Positions 28,831-39,655 of a stretch of 64,000 nucleotides of DNA are shown one piece after another; within the stretch, counting starts at the first letter, position 1; every line of letters begins with the position of its first letter. The notes under the pieces were generated by a model, which had not been told where the DNA came from, made no database searches, and worked only from the letters and a program-made list of their open reading frames with translations. Where the stretch lies: contig CBDAON010000004.1 in the NCBI GenBank assembly GCA_965198065.1, positions 2,144,001-2,208,000 of the forward strand, written 5' to 3'. The position numbers and the translations under genes are program-made. This DNA is from Longimicrobiales bacterium. GTDB lineage: Bacteria; Gemmatimonadota; Gemmatimonadetes; Longimicrobiales; Gaopeijiaceae.

Positions 28831-28870
28831 CCCTTCGCGCCGCGCGCGCCTACCGTTCGGCGGCCTACCC

Positions 28871-29926
28871 ATGACCTACGAGATCTCCGATTCCCGCCGG
28901 GTCGCCGTGGACGTGGCCCTCGAGGCCATGGCCAGTGCGGAGCGGGTCGTCCTCACGACCCACGTGAACGCGGACGGGGACGGTGCCGGATCCGAGGCCG
29001 CACTTCTGGCGGTGCTCCGGGACATGGGCGTGGAGGGATGGGTCGTGAACCCCACGCCGTACCCCGACCTCTACCGCTTTCTGGTGCACGACGACGCGCG
29101 CGTGCTCGAGGCATCAGGAGAGGAGGCGACCCGGCGATGCCGGGAGGCTGATCTGTGCATCGTGGTGGACACGGCGGAGAAGGCCCGCATCGGGCGTGTC
29201 AACCCGATGGTTGGGCATCTGCCCTTCCTGATCGTCGATCACCACCCCTCCGGACCGGACTCAATCGTGGGGGTCTCGCTCAGGGATCCATCGGCGGCCG
29301 CCACCGGGGAGCTCGTATTCGATCTCGTCTGGGCACGGGGTGGGCCGTGGACCGGCGAGCTCGTCGATGGGCTCTACGTGGCCGTCATGACGGACACGGG
29401 ATCGTTCCGGTTCTCGAACGCGACGCCCGGCGCCCACCGGGTCGCGGCCGAGCTGGTGCGTCGCGGGGCCTCGCCCGACGGGCTGTACCGACGGGTGTTC
29501 GGACAAATGCCCGTGCGCCGCCTGCACATGCTGGAGCGTGTGCTCGGGTCGCTCGAGGTGTCCGACGGGGGGGAGGTGGCCTGGATGACGGTTCCCGCGA
29601 ACGTGTTTCGGGAGCTCAACTGCCGGTCCGACGACCTGGAGGGGTTCGTGGACTACCCCCGAGGGGTCGAGGGCGTGGAGGTGGGGCTCCTCTTTCGCGA
29701 GATCGAAGAGGGACACGTGAAGGTGTCCCTCCGCTCGAACCAGCGGGTGGACGTGAACGCCCTGGCCCGCGAGTTCGGGGGGGGCGGTCACGTTCGGGCA
29801 GCCGGGGCTCTGGTGGCCGGCAGCGTGGAGGAAGTGCGGGAGCAGGTCGTCGGACGTGCCGCGGAGGTCGCTGCGGACAGTCGTCTCCGAGCGGCGCGAC
29901 CGGCTCCAGAAGTGGTGGAACCGTAG
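28871..29926 (+). CDS. nrnA: DHH/DHHA1 bifunctional oligoribonuclease / pAp phosphatase
   Basis: HVNADGDGAGS, DHH, TDTGSFRFS, SLRS, GGGH. Confidence 0.9.
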   Translation: MTYEISDSRRVAVDVALEAMASAERVVLTTHVNADGDGAGSEAALLAVLRDMGVEGWVVNPTPYPDLYRFLVHDDARVLEASGEEATRRCREADLCIVVDTAEKARIGRVNPMVGHLPFLIVDHHPSGPDSIVGVSLRDPSAAATGELVFDLVWARGGPWTGELVDGLYVAVMTDTGSFRFSNATPGAHRVAAELVRRGASPDGLYRRVFGQMPVRRLHMLERVLGSLEVSDGGEVAWMTVPANVFRELNCRSDDLEGFVDYPRGVEGVEVGLLFREIEEGHVKVSLRSNQRVDVNALAREFGGGGHVRAAGALVAGSVEEVREQVVGRAAEVAADSRLRAARPAPEVVEP

Positions 29927-29950
29927 CGAATGATTGGGCGTAGATCTTCT

Positions 29951-30379
29951 ATGTCCGAATCCGACATCGGCGTACCGGGCGCGCTGGGCGAGGCCGTGCG
30001 CAGGGTAGGTGAGGAGCTGGGCGTCGCCCGACTCGATCGCCTCTGGCTGTTCCCGCCCCTCGCTCGCGGGAGAACGGAGAGCGGGCTCGTCGCGGCGGGA
30101 TGTTTCCTGGAGGGGGATCGACGCCTCCTGGTTACTCTGTCGTACCGGGCGCAGGAGAGCGGGGCCGGGGTGGACTTCCACCCCCTGCTCCAGGAGGAAG
30201 GTGTGGCACCCCGAGACCGACTTCCTCGGGTGATGGAGGGGGTCGTCCAGCGATTCGACGCGGAGCTCGGCTCGGCTCGTGAGGCCGAGCTGAGCGGGGA
30301 CCCTGCCGCGTTCGAGGCCCTCGTCGAGGAGCTCGGGCGGGGTCGAGGCCCACCCTATGCAAGAGGACCCGGCGTGTGA
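29951..30379 (+). CDS. Hypothetical protein
   Basis: In-operon ORF with protein-like composition (LDRLWLFPPL). Confidence 0.65.
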   Translation: MSESDIGVPGALGEAVRRVGEELGVARLDRLWLFPPLARGRTESGLVAAGCFLEGDRRLLVTLSYRAQESGAGVDFHPLLQEEGVAPRDRLPRVMEGVVQRFDAELGSAREAELSGDPAAFEALVEELGRGRGPPYARGPGV

Positions 30380-30392
30380 TGGAGGCGTCCAC

Positions 30393-30899
30393 ATGATTCC
30401 GCCGGCCACATCCACCATCTCACCGTACGTGAGGCTCTTCGGACGCTACCTCCGGGAGCACGGCCTCCCCGTGACCCCGCAGCGCCAGACCGTGGCCGAG
30501 GTCGTGTTCTCCTCCCGGGAGCATCTCTCCGTGGACGACATCGAGCGAAAGCTGCGCGACGGGGGCGACCGCATCGGCAAGGCGACCGTCTACCGCACGC
30601 TCGACCTCCTGGTCCGCAGCAAGCTCGTGGCCGAGCACGACTTCAACGAGGGCTTCAAGCGATACGAACACCGGCTCTCCCGACAGCCCGAGCACGAACA
30701 CCTGATTTGCCAGGAGTGCGGAAGCGTGACCGAGTTCAAGAGCGAGGAGGTCCAGGCCATCCAGGACCGCATCGCCGGCCGATTCGGATTCCGTCCCACC
30801 CGTCACAAGCTCGAGATCTACGGCCTCTGCGCGTCGTGCGTGGCAAGTGGAGCCGAGGCTCCCAGCGAAGGACTCACCTGTCCGATCGAGAGCGTCTGA
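30393..30899 (+). CDS. fur: Fur-family transcriptional regulator
   Basis: TPQR, ATVYRTL, HEHLICQECG, GLCASC. Confidence 0.9.
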   Translation: MIPPATSTISPYVRLFGRYLREHGLPVTPQRQTVAEVVFSSREHLSVDDIERKLRDGGDRIGKATVYRTLDLLVRSKLVAEHDFNEGFKRYEHRLSRQPEHEHLICQECGSVTEFKSEEVQAIQDRIAGRFGFRPTRHKLEIYGLCASCVASGAEAPSEGLTCPIESV

Positions 30900-30937
30900 G
30901 GTCGGCGTCCCTCCCGCCGAGGGACGACCAGACGGAG

Positions 30938-32392
30938 GTGCCCTTTCCCGAGCGGGCGATGGGTCGTGCCACGGCCTCGTCCCGGATCGAGGGAAATCGG
31001 ATCACCCTCCAGTTCGACGGGCCAGCCACATTCGATGCCTGGCTGGAGGCCATTCGGACGGCCCGTCGCTTCATACACTTCGAGAATTACATCATCCGGG
31101 ACGATCCCCAGGGCCATGCGTTTCGCGACGCCTTAGTGGAGCGAGCGCGGGCGGGGGTCGAGGTCCGGGTCCTCTACGACTGGATCGGGTGCTGGGCGAC
31201 CCCGTCGGGGTTCTGGAAGCCGCTCCGGGCGTCTGGGGTGGAAGTGCGGTCCTTCAACCCGCCCTCGATCACGGATCCGCTGGGACTCTTGCAGCGTGAT
31301 CACCGGAAACTCGTGGTGGTGGACCGCGAGGTGGCGTTCATCGGGGGCTTTTGCGTCGGACAGGAGTGGGCCGGCACCCGCGACCAGCCTCCGTGGCGGG
31401 ATACGGGGGTCGAGATCCGCGGGCCGGCGGCGGCGGCGGCCGCGATGACGTTCGAACGGGTGTGGTCCGACTGCGGCGGCCGGCTCACACCCGAGTCGCG
31501 CTCTGATCCCTCCTTGGCGGAGCGAACGGGAGACACGGTCGTCTGGCTAATCGAGGGAGTCCCCTGGCGTTCCCGGGTGTATCGCGCCACCCAGCTCATG
31601 GCCGCCGTCGCGAGGCGTCGGGTGTGGATCACGGATCCCTACTTTCTCGCCCCGCGGCCGGTTTCCGAGGCCCTCATGGCGGCCTCGCGAGATGGAGTGG
31701 ACGTTCGTGTGCTCGTGCCTGGCCACAACAACTGGCCCTGGGTCGGTAGCCTGTCGCGCGGCGGTTACCGCAGCCTCCTCGAGGCGGGCGTTCGGATTTT
31801 TGAGTGGCAGGGGCCGATGATCCACGCCAAGACCTCGGTCGTGGACAGCCGTTGGTGCCGGATCGGGTCCACAAACCTGAACGCCGCGTCCCTTCTCGGA
31901 AACTGGGAGCTGGACGTGGGTGTCCTGGACTCGAACCTCGCCGAGCAAGTGGAGGGGGTGTTCCTCGGGGACCTGGCCTCTGCGGTCGAGATCGTACTTC
32001 CGGGTCGCGCCGCTCCCTCGCTTCTGGGACTGAGGCCCGAGACGGGTCGTGGCATCGCGACCCTGGATCCGCCGCCCTCCATCCAGGAGCGAAGGCGCCT
32101 CTTCCGGGTCGGGCGTCCGGGCCAGACGCTCACCCTGGCCGACGTGGTGCGGGCCGGCTCCGCGCTCGGTGACGCGATCGCGGGCCGGAGAGTCGTCGGG
32201 CGCGAGGACCGGGCGGTTCTCTCGACGACGTCGATCTTCCTGCTCTTGTTCGCCCTACTGGCCGCGTTCTTCCCCCGCGTGGTGGGATGGACGCTGGCGC
32301 TGCTCCTCGGGTGGGTCGGGCTCGTGCTCGCCATTCGGAGCGCCATCCAGGTGTGGAAGGCGAGGTGGGGAGGTGGGGAGGCGGAGCCGTGA
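30938..32392 (+). CDS. Cardiolipin synthase-like phospholipase D protein
   Basis: Two HKD motifs (HRKLVVVD, HAKTSVVD); C-terminal TM hairpin. Confidence 0.9.
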   Translation: MPFPERAMGRATASSRIEGNRITLQFDGPATFDAWLEAIRTARRFIHFENYIIRDDPQGHAFRDALVERARAGVEVRVLYDWIGCWATPSGFWKPLRASGVEVRSFNPPSITDPLGLLQRDHRKLVVVDREVAFIGGFCVGQEWAGTRDQPPWRDTGVEIRGPAAAAAAMTFERVWSDCGGRLTPESRSDPSLAERTGDTVVWLIEGVPWRSRVYRATQLMAAVARRRVWITDPYFLAPRPVSEALMAASRDGVDVRVLVPGHNNWPWVGSLSRGGYRSLLEAGVRIFEWQGPMIHAKTSVVDSRWCRIGSTNLNAASLLGNWELDVGVLDSNLAEQVEGVFLGDLASAVEIVLPGRAAPSLLGLRPETGRGIATLDPPPSIQERRRLFRVGRPGQTLTLADVVRAGSALGDAIAGRRVVGREDRAVLSTTSIFLLLFALLAAFFPRVVGWTLALLLGWVGLVLAIRSAIQVWKARWGGGEAEP

Positions 32393-33117
32393 CCGAGCCC
32401 GTGAGCCTGTTCGTCGCGCTGAGCGGGGGGATCCTGTCCTTCCTCTCGCCGTGCGTCATCCCGCTCGTTCCCTCGTTCCTGACCTTTGTCACCGGGATGA
32501 GCCTTGAGGAAATGCGGGAGGGCCAAGATCGGACGCGTACCCTCACGTATGCGCTTCTCTTCGTCTCGGGGTTCTCCGTCGTCTTCGTGCTGCTCGGTGC
32601 TTCTATCTCCTTCCTCGGGCGTTTCTTCAACTACTACGACGTGTGGGTGGCCCGGGTCGGCGGAGCGCTCATCATCGTCCTCGGGCTGCACCTCACGGGC
32701 CTCTTTCGGATCACCCCTCTCCTTCGAGAGAGGCGCGTGTTCGAGGCCGGGCGGCCCTCGGGTTACGTCGGGGCCATCGGGGTCGGGATGGCGTTCGGGG
32801 CTGGGTGGACCCCCTGTATTGGGCCGGTGATCGCGGCCATCCTGACGCTCGCCGGGCTCCAGGAAACGTTCTGGCGCGGCGTGGGTCTCCTGGCCGTTTA
32901 CTCGGCCGGCTTATCGGTCCCGTTCCTCGTGGCGGCCGTGGCCGTTGATCGCTTCCTCGGCGCCTTCCAGCGCTTCCAGCGCTATCTGGGGGCCGTCGAG
33001 ATCGCGTCCGGTGGTCTCCTCGTCTTCCTCGGCCTGCTTCTCGTGACCGGGAGCTTCACTGCTCTTACGAGCTGGCTCGTGCCGTTCACCCCCGACTTCC
33101 TGTTTGAACGGATCTAG
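32389..33117 (+). CDS. ccdA: Cytochrome c biogenesis / DsbD-like protein CcdA
   Basis: SFLSPCVIPL and GWTPCIGP. Confidence 0.92.
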   Translation: MTEPVSLFVALSGGILSFLSPCVIPLVPSFLTFVTGMSLEEMREGQDRTRTLTYALLFVSGFSVVFVLLGASISFLGRFFNYYDVWVARVGGALIIVLGLHLTGLFRITPLLRERRVFEAGRPSGYVGAIGVGMAFGAGWTPCIGPVIAAILTLAGLQETFWRGVGLLAVYSAGLSVPFLVAAVAVDRFLGAFQRFQRYLGAVEIASGGLLVFLGLLLVTGSFTALTSWLVPFTPDFLFERI

Positions 33118-34970
33118 CGTCCCGAGTCGGAACCTAGCCCGCTCGGGGCACTCGCGACGGTCACGTCGTCGGACTGGATCGCCTGCTCGAGCAGCTGCCG
33201 GCGGAGGAGGGTCGCGTACACGCCTCCCCGCTGGAGGAGCTCCGGATGGGTACCCTGTTCGACCAGCCTTCCCCCGTCCAGCACGAGGATCCGATCCGAG
33301 TGCATGACGGCTGTGACGCGGTGGGAAACCACGAAAGCGGTGCGGCCTCGGAGGGATTCCCTCAGTTCGGCCAGGATTCGGGACTCGGTGTGCGTGTCCA
33401 CCGCGCTGAGCGCGTCGTCTAGAATCAGGATGGCGGGGTCCCTCGCGAGGGCCCGCGCAAGCGTGGCCCGCTGCTTCTGCCCACCAGAAAGGTTGATGCC
33501 GCGCTCGCCCAGACAGGTCTGGTACCCGTGGGGGAACCCCCGGACCTGCTCGTGCAGGTCCGCGACGAGGGCAGCGCGGAGGATCCGAGGATCCATCTGG
33601 CCGTCCGAATCCATGGGCTGCGGAGTCCGCTCCCGTCCCGCACGGTCGTCGGCCAGCTCCTCCGGCGGAATTCCTAGAGCAACGTTCGACGCGATCGTCT
33701 CGGAGAAGAGGAACGCGTCCTGCGGCACCGCGCCGATCACGCGCCGGAGCCCCTCCGGGTCGTACTCTCGAAGGGGGACGCCGTCGAGCAGGACCTCGCC
33801 CTCTGTCGGGTCGTGAATACGCGGGATCAGGGAGACCAGCGTGCTCTTCCCCGAGCCCGTCGGCCCCACGATCGCTACGGTCTCGCCCGGCTCGACCGTG
33901 AACGAGAGGCCGTGCAGTACGTCCCGCTCCGTGCCCGGGTACCGGAATCCCACGTGGCGGAACTCGATTCGGCCGCGGACCACCGATAGGCGGAGGCCCC
34001 GGTCGGGCCGGATACGAGGCTCCCTCTCGAGCATCGCGTTGATGCGGCCCATGGAGGCCTCGCCCCGCTGGAAGAGGTTCACGACCCACCCCAGCGCGAT
34101 CATCGGCCACGCTAGGAGCGCCACGTAGAAGAAGAACGCGACCAGCTCGCCGACCGAGAGGCTTCCCTCCATGACCTGCGCTCCCCCGAGCGCGAGGAGC
34201 ACGACGGTGGCCGCAGCCATGAGAAGCCCGATGATTGGGTGGAAGAGTCCCTCGATCTTCACGAGGCCCAGGTTCCGTCGCATGTACTCGCGGTTCATGG
34301 CGTCGAAGCGTCGTGCCTGGTCCTCTTCCTGTACGTAGGCCCGAACGAGGCGAACGCCCGTCAGGCTCTCCTGGACGCGGGTGGAGAGGTTCGCGAACTG
34401 CTCCTGGATGAGCTGAAACCGCCGGTGGATCACCCGACCGAACCAGAGCACCACGGGTGGGAGCGCGAGCATCGGGACCAGGACCAGGGCGGTCAGCCGC
34501 GGCGAGATCCAGGTCATCAGGGAGATGGCCAGCACGGAGGTCACGGCCGTATTCACCGAGTACATGACGGCCGGGCCGACCGCCTGGCGGACGGCGAGCG
34601 TGTCGTGCGTAGCGCGGCTCATGATGTCGCCGGTTCGCTCCGCGTCGAAGAAGGAAGCATCCAGGCGGAGGAGGTGCCGAAAGAACGTGGCTCGAAGGTC
34701 GCACTCGACGCGCCGGCTCACCCCGTTCATGAGCTCGCGTACTCCATACCGGGCCGCGCCCGCCAGCAGGGCCGTGCCGAGGATCAGCGCCGCGTATCCG
34801 AGGAGGCTCGCCGGGGTGACGGAGGGGGACTCGAGGGCGTCGATGGCCAGCCTAAGGATCCACGGCGTGGCCACGGTGAAGAGGTTCGCGATCACGACCA
34901 GGAGGATCCCCCACGCCAGCCCGCGCCGGTACGGGCGGAAGTACGGAAGCATGGTCGCCAGGTGGCTCAT
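33114..34970 (-). CDS. ABC exporter, fused permease/ATPase (type IV, MsbA/YheI-like)
   Basis: TM domain followed by GPTGSGKST, LSGGQKQR, LDDALSAVD. The ORF is open to 35063. Confidence 0.93.
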   Translation of the reverse strand: MSHLATMLPYFRPYRRGLAWGILLVVIANLFTVATPWILRLAIDALESPSVTPASLLGYAALILGTALLAGAARYGVRELMNGVSRRVECDLRATFFRHLLRLDASFFDAERTGDIMSRATHDTLAVRQAVGPAVMYSVNTAVTSVLAISLMTWISPRLTALVLVPMLALPPVVLWFGRVIHRRFQLIQEQFANLSTRVQESLTGVRLVRAYVQEEDQARRFDAMNREYMRRNLGLVKIEGLFHPIIGLLMAAATVVLLALGGAQVMEGSLSVGELVAFFFYVALLAWPMIALGWVVNLFQRGEASMGRINAMLEREPRIRPDRGLRLSVVRGRIEFRHVGFRYPGTERDVLHGLSFTVEPGETVAIVGPTGSGKSTLVSLIPRIHDPTEGEVLLDGVPLREYDPEGLRRVIGAVPQDAFLFSETIASNVALGIPPEELADDRAGRERTPQPMDSDGQMDPRILRAALVADLHEQVRGFPHGYQTCLGERGINLSGGQKQRATLARALARDPAILILDDALSAVDTHTESRILAELRESLRGRTAFVVSHRVTAVMHSDRILVLDGGRLVEQGTHPELLQRGGVYATLLRRQLLEQAIQSDDVTVASAPSGLGSDSGR

Positions 34971-35301
34971 TCGAATCGGCGGGCGCGGTATCTGACGAGA
35001 TGAGCGGATGGCCCGGACGTGGACGCCGGAGTGGGCTTCGTCACCCGAGCGGTCCTCGCTCACGGAGCGAGGCCCTCGAGCGGCAGGGAGAGTATACGGT
35101 GGACGGTCGGTGGAAAGTTCCGGTCGAGCGTGTTCCGGTCAGGCGAGCTCCCGTCACCCGCGTGACGCCGGCACTCGTGTTTCCGCTCGTGATCCTGGTG
35201 CTTTCGGCCTCTTCCCTATTAGGTCACGCGGCGAGGAGCCGCCGTGTAACCTGTGGCCGACGGCTCGGGCGCGGCGAGTTCGTCTCTCTTGCGCCCATAC
35301 G

Positions 35302-36501
35302 TCAGGCTCCGGTAGGCTCGCCCAGCCGCTCGAGCAGGTGGGCTGCCGACGCCGCCAGGATCGAGGAGGCGAGGGGCAGGATCGCCTCGTCCACGTCGAA
35401 GCGCGGGTGATGGTGTCTCCTGGGCTCGGGGAGGGCCGCGCCCAGCCAGAAGAACGCGCCGGGCGCCTCCCGGGCCAGAAACGCGAAGTCCTCGGCCTCG
35501 AAGTTTGGCTCGGGACGGACCACCCCATCTACTCCGACGAGCGGACCCACGGCTTCTTCAACCCAGCGCGAGACGGTCGGGTCGTTCACGACCGGGGGGT
35601 ATCCCCCTCGGAACGAAACCTCGGTCCGGGCCCCCATGGCGTCCACGGCCGCAAACGCCTGCCGCACCCCGTCCTGTATCCTGGCGCGGACCTCGGGCGC
35701 GAAGTATCGGAGGGTGCCCAGCAGGTCCACCCGATCCGCGACGACGTTGGGAGCGGTTCCACCCCGTATGCTCCCGAACGTGAGCACGCCCTGATCCGAG
35801 GCCGAGAGGCCCCGGCTTACGACCTGCTGGGCCGCGACGACGCCGAGGGATGCCAGCGCGACCGCGTCCACCCCCTCGTCCGGGCGCGCCGCGTGAGCCC
35901 CCTTCCCCCGGACGGTCACGACCACCTCGTCGGAGCCGGCCCAGAACGGCCCTTCGCGGAGGAAGACGCGCCCGGCGGGGAGGTGCCCCCCAACATGGAG
36001 ACCAACGACCGAGTCCACCCCCTCCATCGCCCCGTCCTCGATCATTCTAACGGCCCCGCTCTTCCCCTCCGCGTCCACCCCCTCTTCCGATGGCTGGAAG
36101 AGGAGCCGGATCGTCCCTGCGGGAAGCTGGCCGGACTCTCTCAGCTCGGCGAGCAGCAGGGAGGCTCCCACGAGCCCGGCCGTGTGGAAGTCGTGTCCGC
36201 AGGCGTGCATGACCCCCGGGACCTCCGACGCGTACGGTGTTTCGTTCCGTTCCTGGATCGGGAGGGCGTCCATGTCCGCCCGGATGGCCACCGTGGGACC
36301 GCTCCCGCTCGCGAGCTCCGCGACCACCCCGGTCTTCCCGACCCCGGTTCGAACCGAGAAGCCCGCTCCTTCGGTCTCACGCGCGGCCAGCGCAGCCGTC
36401 CTCTGCTCCTGGAAGCCGAGCTCCGGATGTCGGTGCACGTCGCGGCGGATCTCGACGAGGCGGGGTGCGAGGGCGCGCGCCAGCTGGAGGAGATCCGTCA
36501 T
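35302..36501 (-). CDS. M20D-family amidohydrolase
   Basis: HPELGFQE, RADMDALP, MHACGHD, FQPSEEG, HHPRFD. Confidence 0.93.
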   Translation of the reverse strand: MTDLLQLARALAPRLVEIRRDVHRHPELGFQEQRTAALAARETEGAGFSVRTGVGKTGVVAELASGSGPTVAIRADMDALPIQERNETPYASEVPGVMHACGHDFHTAGLVGASLLLAELRESGQLPAGTIRLLFQPSEEGVDAEGKSGAVRMIEDGAMEGVDSVVGLHVGGHLPAGRVFLREGPFWAGSDEVVVTVRGKGAHAARPDEGVDAVALASLGVVAAQQVVSRGLSASDQGVLTFGSIRGGTAPNVVADRVDLLGTLRYFAPEVRARIQDGVRQAFAAVDAMGARTEVSFRGGYPPVVNDPTVSRWVEEAVGPLVGVDGVVRPEPNFEAEDFAFLAREAPGAFFWLGAALPEPRRHHHPRFDVDEAILPLASSILAASAAHLLERLGEPTGA

Positions 36502-36665
36502 GAAGCTTGCGGGTCCGCGGAACGGGCGGATCTGGGGTTGGGAGGAATTGGCGGTCGCGGGGCCCGCCGTTTAGCTTCGGCCACCGGACGGAGATCCCGT
36601 CAGGAGAACGGGTTCCAGGGCGAAACATACAATGCGCCGAAGGGCCCCGACACCTGGGCAGCCAG

Positions 36666-37838
36666 ATGAGCACGGACGGCCTTCTCCTCGGCGGCCTCAT
36701 GTCGGGGACCTCTCTCGACGGCGTGGACGCTCTCCTCCTGTACGTCCGAGGCACGGATCCCGCATCGGTCGAGTGGGAGATCCGGGGGTTTCTTACCGAG
36801 ACCTTCGCGGCGGAGGAGAAGGATCGGATCGCGGAAACGATCGACCACGGCGAGGTGCGGGACGTGGCCCTCCTCGGGGGGGATCTGGGGTTGAAGTTTG
36901 CCGAGGCGTTTCGTCGGCTGCTCGAGACGGTTGGGGTGGACGCGCGTGACGTGGCCGCTGTGGGCTCGCACGGCCTGACGGTCTGGCACGAGCCGCCCGA
37001 AGCGGGCGGCCGGGGCGTGACGCTCCAGATCGGCGACCCCGCGACGCTCGCGGAGGCGCTCGGGTGTCCCGTCGTGAGCGACTTTCGGACTCGAGACGTT
37101 GCTGCCGGCGGACAGGGGGCCCCGCTCGTGCCCTGGTGCGACTGGGTCCTCCTTCGCCGCCCCGGGATCGGTCTGGCCCTCCAGAACCTCGGTGGGATGG
37201 GGAACGTCACGTTCCTCCCACCGACGGGGGGCCCCGAGGGGGTGATCGGCTTCGACACCGGCCCGGGGGTCGCGCTTTTGGACGGAGTGGCGCGGCTCGC
37301 CTCGGGTGGACTCGATCCCTGGGACGTGGACGGGCGCCGGGCGGCCCGCGGGACCGTCGTGCCGGAGCTCCTGGACCAGCTCATGCTGGATCCGTTCCTC
37401 CGAACCCCGCCGCCGCGCTCGACGGGGCGCGAGCGGTTCGGGGACGAGAGAGTGAGCGAGATCGTGGCGAAGGCGGATCCCGCCGGCCCCGGGGAGTGGG
37501 ACGACCTCCTTGCCACCCTGTCCGCGTTCACCGCGCAGTCGGTCGCGGCGGCCTATCGTGACTTCCTCCCCTCCGGATGTGCGGACGAGGTGGTGCTGAC
37601 GGGAGGTGGGGCAAAGAACCCGTCCCTCGTGAGCGGCCTCGCCTCCGCCCTGGCTCCCGTTCCGGTCCGCACAGGTGCCGAGGCGCTTGGAATGGATCCG
37701 GACGCCCGGGAGGCAGCCGCATTCGCGCTCCTGGCCTGGGCCCACCTCCGCGGGATCCCGGCGAACCTTCCTCGGGTGACCGGGGCCTCGGGGCCCCGCG
37801 TGCTGGGCTCCCTCACGCCTGGACGTAGGGGCCGGTGA
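36666..37838 (+). CDS. anmK: Anhydro-N-acetylmuramic acid kinase
   Basis: GLMSGTSLDGVD, GGQGAPLVP, FDTGPG, STGRE, GGGAKN. Confidence 0.93.
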   Translation: MSTDGLLLGGLMSGTSLDGVDALLLYVRGTDPASVEWEIRGFLTETFAAEEKDRIAETIDHGEVRDVALLGGDLGLKFAEAFRRLLETVGVDARDVAAVGSHGLTVWHEPPEAGGRGVTLQIGDPATLAEALGCPVVSDFRTRDVAAGGQGAPLVPWCDWVLLRRPGIGLALQNLGGMGNVTFLPPTGGPEGVIGFDTGPGVALLDGVARLASGGLDPWDVDGRRAARGTVVPELLDQLMLDPFLRTPPPRSTGRERFGDERVSEIVAKADPAGPGEWDDLLATLSAFTAQSVAAAYRDFLPSGCADEVVLTGGGAKNPSLVSGLASALAPVPVRTGAEALGMDPDAREAAAFALLAWAHLRGIPANLPRVTGASGPRVLGSLTPGRRGR

Positions 37839-39655
37839 GCCGGTCGGATCGATCGATCCGTGCCGGCCGCCGGGGCCGGTCGGCCCTGCAGAGGGACGCC
37901 TCGACCTCGGGCTCCGCCACGGGGGTGCCGGCGACGCGGGGTCGGCGCGCGTGGATCGGGACGGCCGTCGTCGTCCTGGCGCTGTCCACCTCGGCGATTG
38001 CCGCCGTGTGGACCCCAGCGCCGCACACGGGCGGGGACAACGCCGGCTATCTCGCGCTCGCTCACTCCGTGGTGGAGGGGCAGCGGTACGTGGAAGCTTG
38101 GGACCCCGAGTCCCCGCCGCACACGAAGTACCCACCGGTCTACCCGCTTCTCCTCGGGGCGCTGATCGGGATGGGAGCCTCGGCCTGGACGGCGTTCAAG
38201 GCCCTGTCGGCCGTCTCTCTCGCGGGCGCCGCCCTGCTCGCGTTCCTATGGGCGGGGCGGCGCGTGGGGCCTCTCGCCGGCGGCGGCATTGCCCTCCTCG
38301 CGCTGCTCTCGCACGGCTGGCTCGACGCGAGCCGCTGGACCCTCTCCGAGCCTGTCTTTCTCGCCTTCGCGTTCCTGGCGCTGTGGGCCGCCGACCACGC
38401 CCTCGATCCACCACGCCTCCCCATCCCGTGGCTGGGTGGGGGCGAAGGGTCGGGGTCCGGAGAGCGCACGAAGCCGGGCTGGCTCGCCCTCGCCACGTTG
38501 GCGACGGTACTCACGTGCATGACCCGAGCCGCGGGCGCGCCCCTGGCGGTCGCCCTCGTACTCGTGCTCACGCTCGGGACACGGCTCCGGAGCGCCGCGG
38601 TCGTTTCTGCGAGCCTGGCCGCTCCGGCGGCCTGGTGGCTCGTTCGGAGCCGGGGGAGCCCGGGGGCGTACCAGTACGAGTTCTGGATGGCGAACCCGTA
38701 CGAACCCGGGCTGGGCACGGTGGGCTGGCCCGACCTCCCCGCACGAGCGTGGGCGAATCTTCGCCTTTACGTCGGAGAGGTCGTTCCCCGGGAGTGGTGG
38801 TCGAGCCTGGATGGCGGCGTGGCCGTGTCGGTCGGGGCCGCCCTGGTAACACTGGCGGTCACCGGCTGGGTCCTCAGGTTGCGGCGAAAGGGTGCGGGCG
38901 CAGCCGAGGTGTTCGCTCCCCTCTATCTGGGGATGATCCTGGTGTGGCCGGAGGTCTGGTCCGGGGAGCGCTTCCTCCTTCCCCTCTACCCCCTCCTCTT
39001 CCTTTACGCAGGCGAAGCGCTGGTCCCGGCGGCGCGTCGGCTCGGCCGGCTCGCGGTGCCGTCCGCGGCTGCCGCCTCCTGGCTCGTCGTGGCCCTTCCG
39101 GCGCTTCCCGGAGCCGTCCGCTTAGCGGCCGACGCTCGGGTGTGCCGCCGTGTGGTGGAGACCACGGACGACGTCTTCGAGTGTCATGCACAGGGCTTTC
39201 GCGAGTTCAGAGAAGCCGCGACCTGGGCAGGAGCGAATCTCCCGGCCGGATCCGTCGTCCTGAACCGGAAGCCACGTATCTTCTTCCTCCTGGGTCGGAC
39301 GCCGGGGCGGGTCTTCCCGTTCACCTCCGATCCGGCGGCCCTCCTGGACGAGGCCGATCGCGCTGGCGCCCGATATGTCCTTATCGACCAGGTGGACGCG
39401 CTCGCCACCGTTTACGTCCCGGCCGCGATCGAGGCCCGGCCCCTCGCATTCTGCTACATGGGCGGTTGGGGAGCCCAAGGAGGGGGGCCCAGCACGAACC
39501 TGTTGGGAATCCTGCCTCCCGACGAGCGGGGGGACGGGGGGACCTTCGCTGACATCGGGACGTGCCCGGACTCGTACCGCGCGGATCCGTCGGCCCCCAC
39601 TGGGGAGCGTGGGGAGCGCGAGGGGCTCAGGATTCCCCTGCTCGTCGGCCCCTGA
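37835..39655 (+). CDS. Polytopic GT-C (ArnT/PMT-like) membrane glycosyltransferase
   Basis: GGDNAGY, KYPPVYP, LSEP, RFLLP and many TM segments. Confidence 0.72.
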   Translation: MSRSDRSIRAGRRGRSALQRDASTSGSATGVPATRGRRAWIGTAVVVLALSTSAIAAVWTPAPHTGGDNAGYLALAHSVVEGQRYVEAWDPESPPHTKYPPVYPLLLGALIGMGASAWTAFKALSAVSLAGAALLAFLWAGRRVGPLAGGGIALLALLSHGWLDASRWTLSEPVFLAFAFLALWAADHALDPPRLPIPWLGGGEGSGSGERTKPGWLALATLATVLTCMTRAAGAPLAVALVLVLTLGTRLRSAAVVSASLAAPAAWWLVRSRGSPGAYQYEFWMANPYEPGLGTVGWPDLPARAWANLRLYVGEVVPREWWSSLDGGVAVSVGAALVTLAVTGWVLRLRRKGAGAAEVFAPLYLGMILVWPEVWSGERFLLPLYPLLFLYAGEALVPAARRLGRLAVPSAAAASWLVVALPALPGAVRLAADARVCRRVVETTDDVFECHAQGFREFREAATWAGANLPAGSVVLNRKPRIFFLLGRTPGRVFPFTSDPAALLDEADRAGARYVLIDQVDALATVYVPAAIEARPLAFCYMGGWGAQGGGPSTNLLGILPPDERGDGGTFADIGTCPDSYRADPSAPTGERGEREGLRIPLLVGP

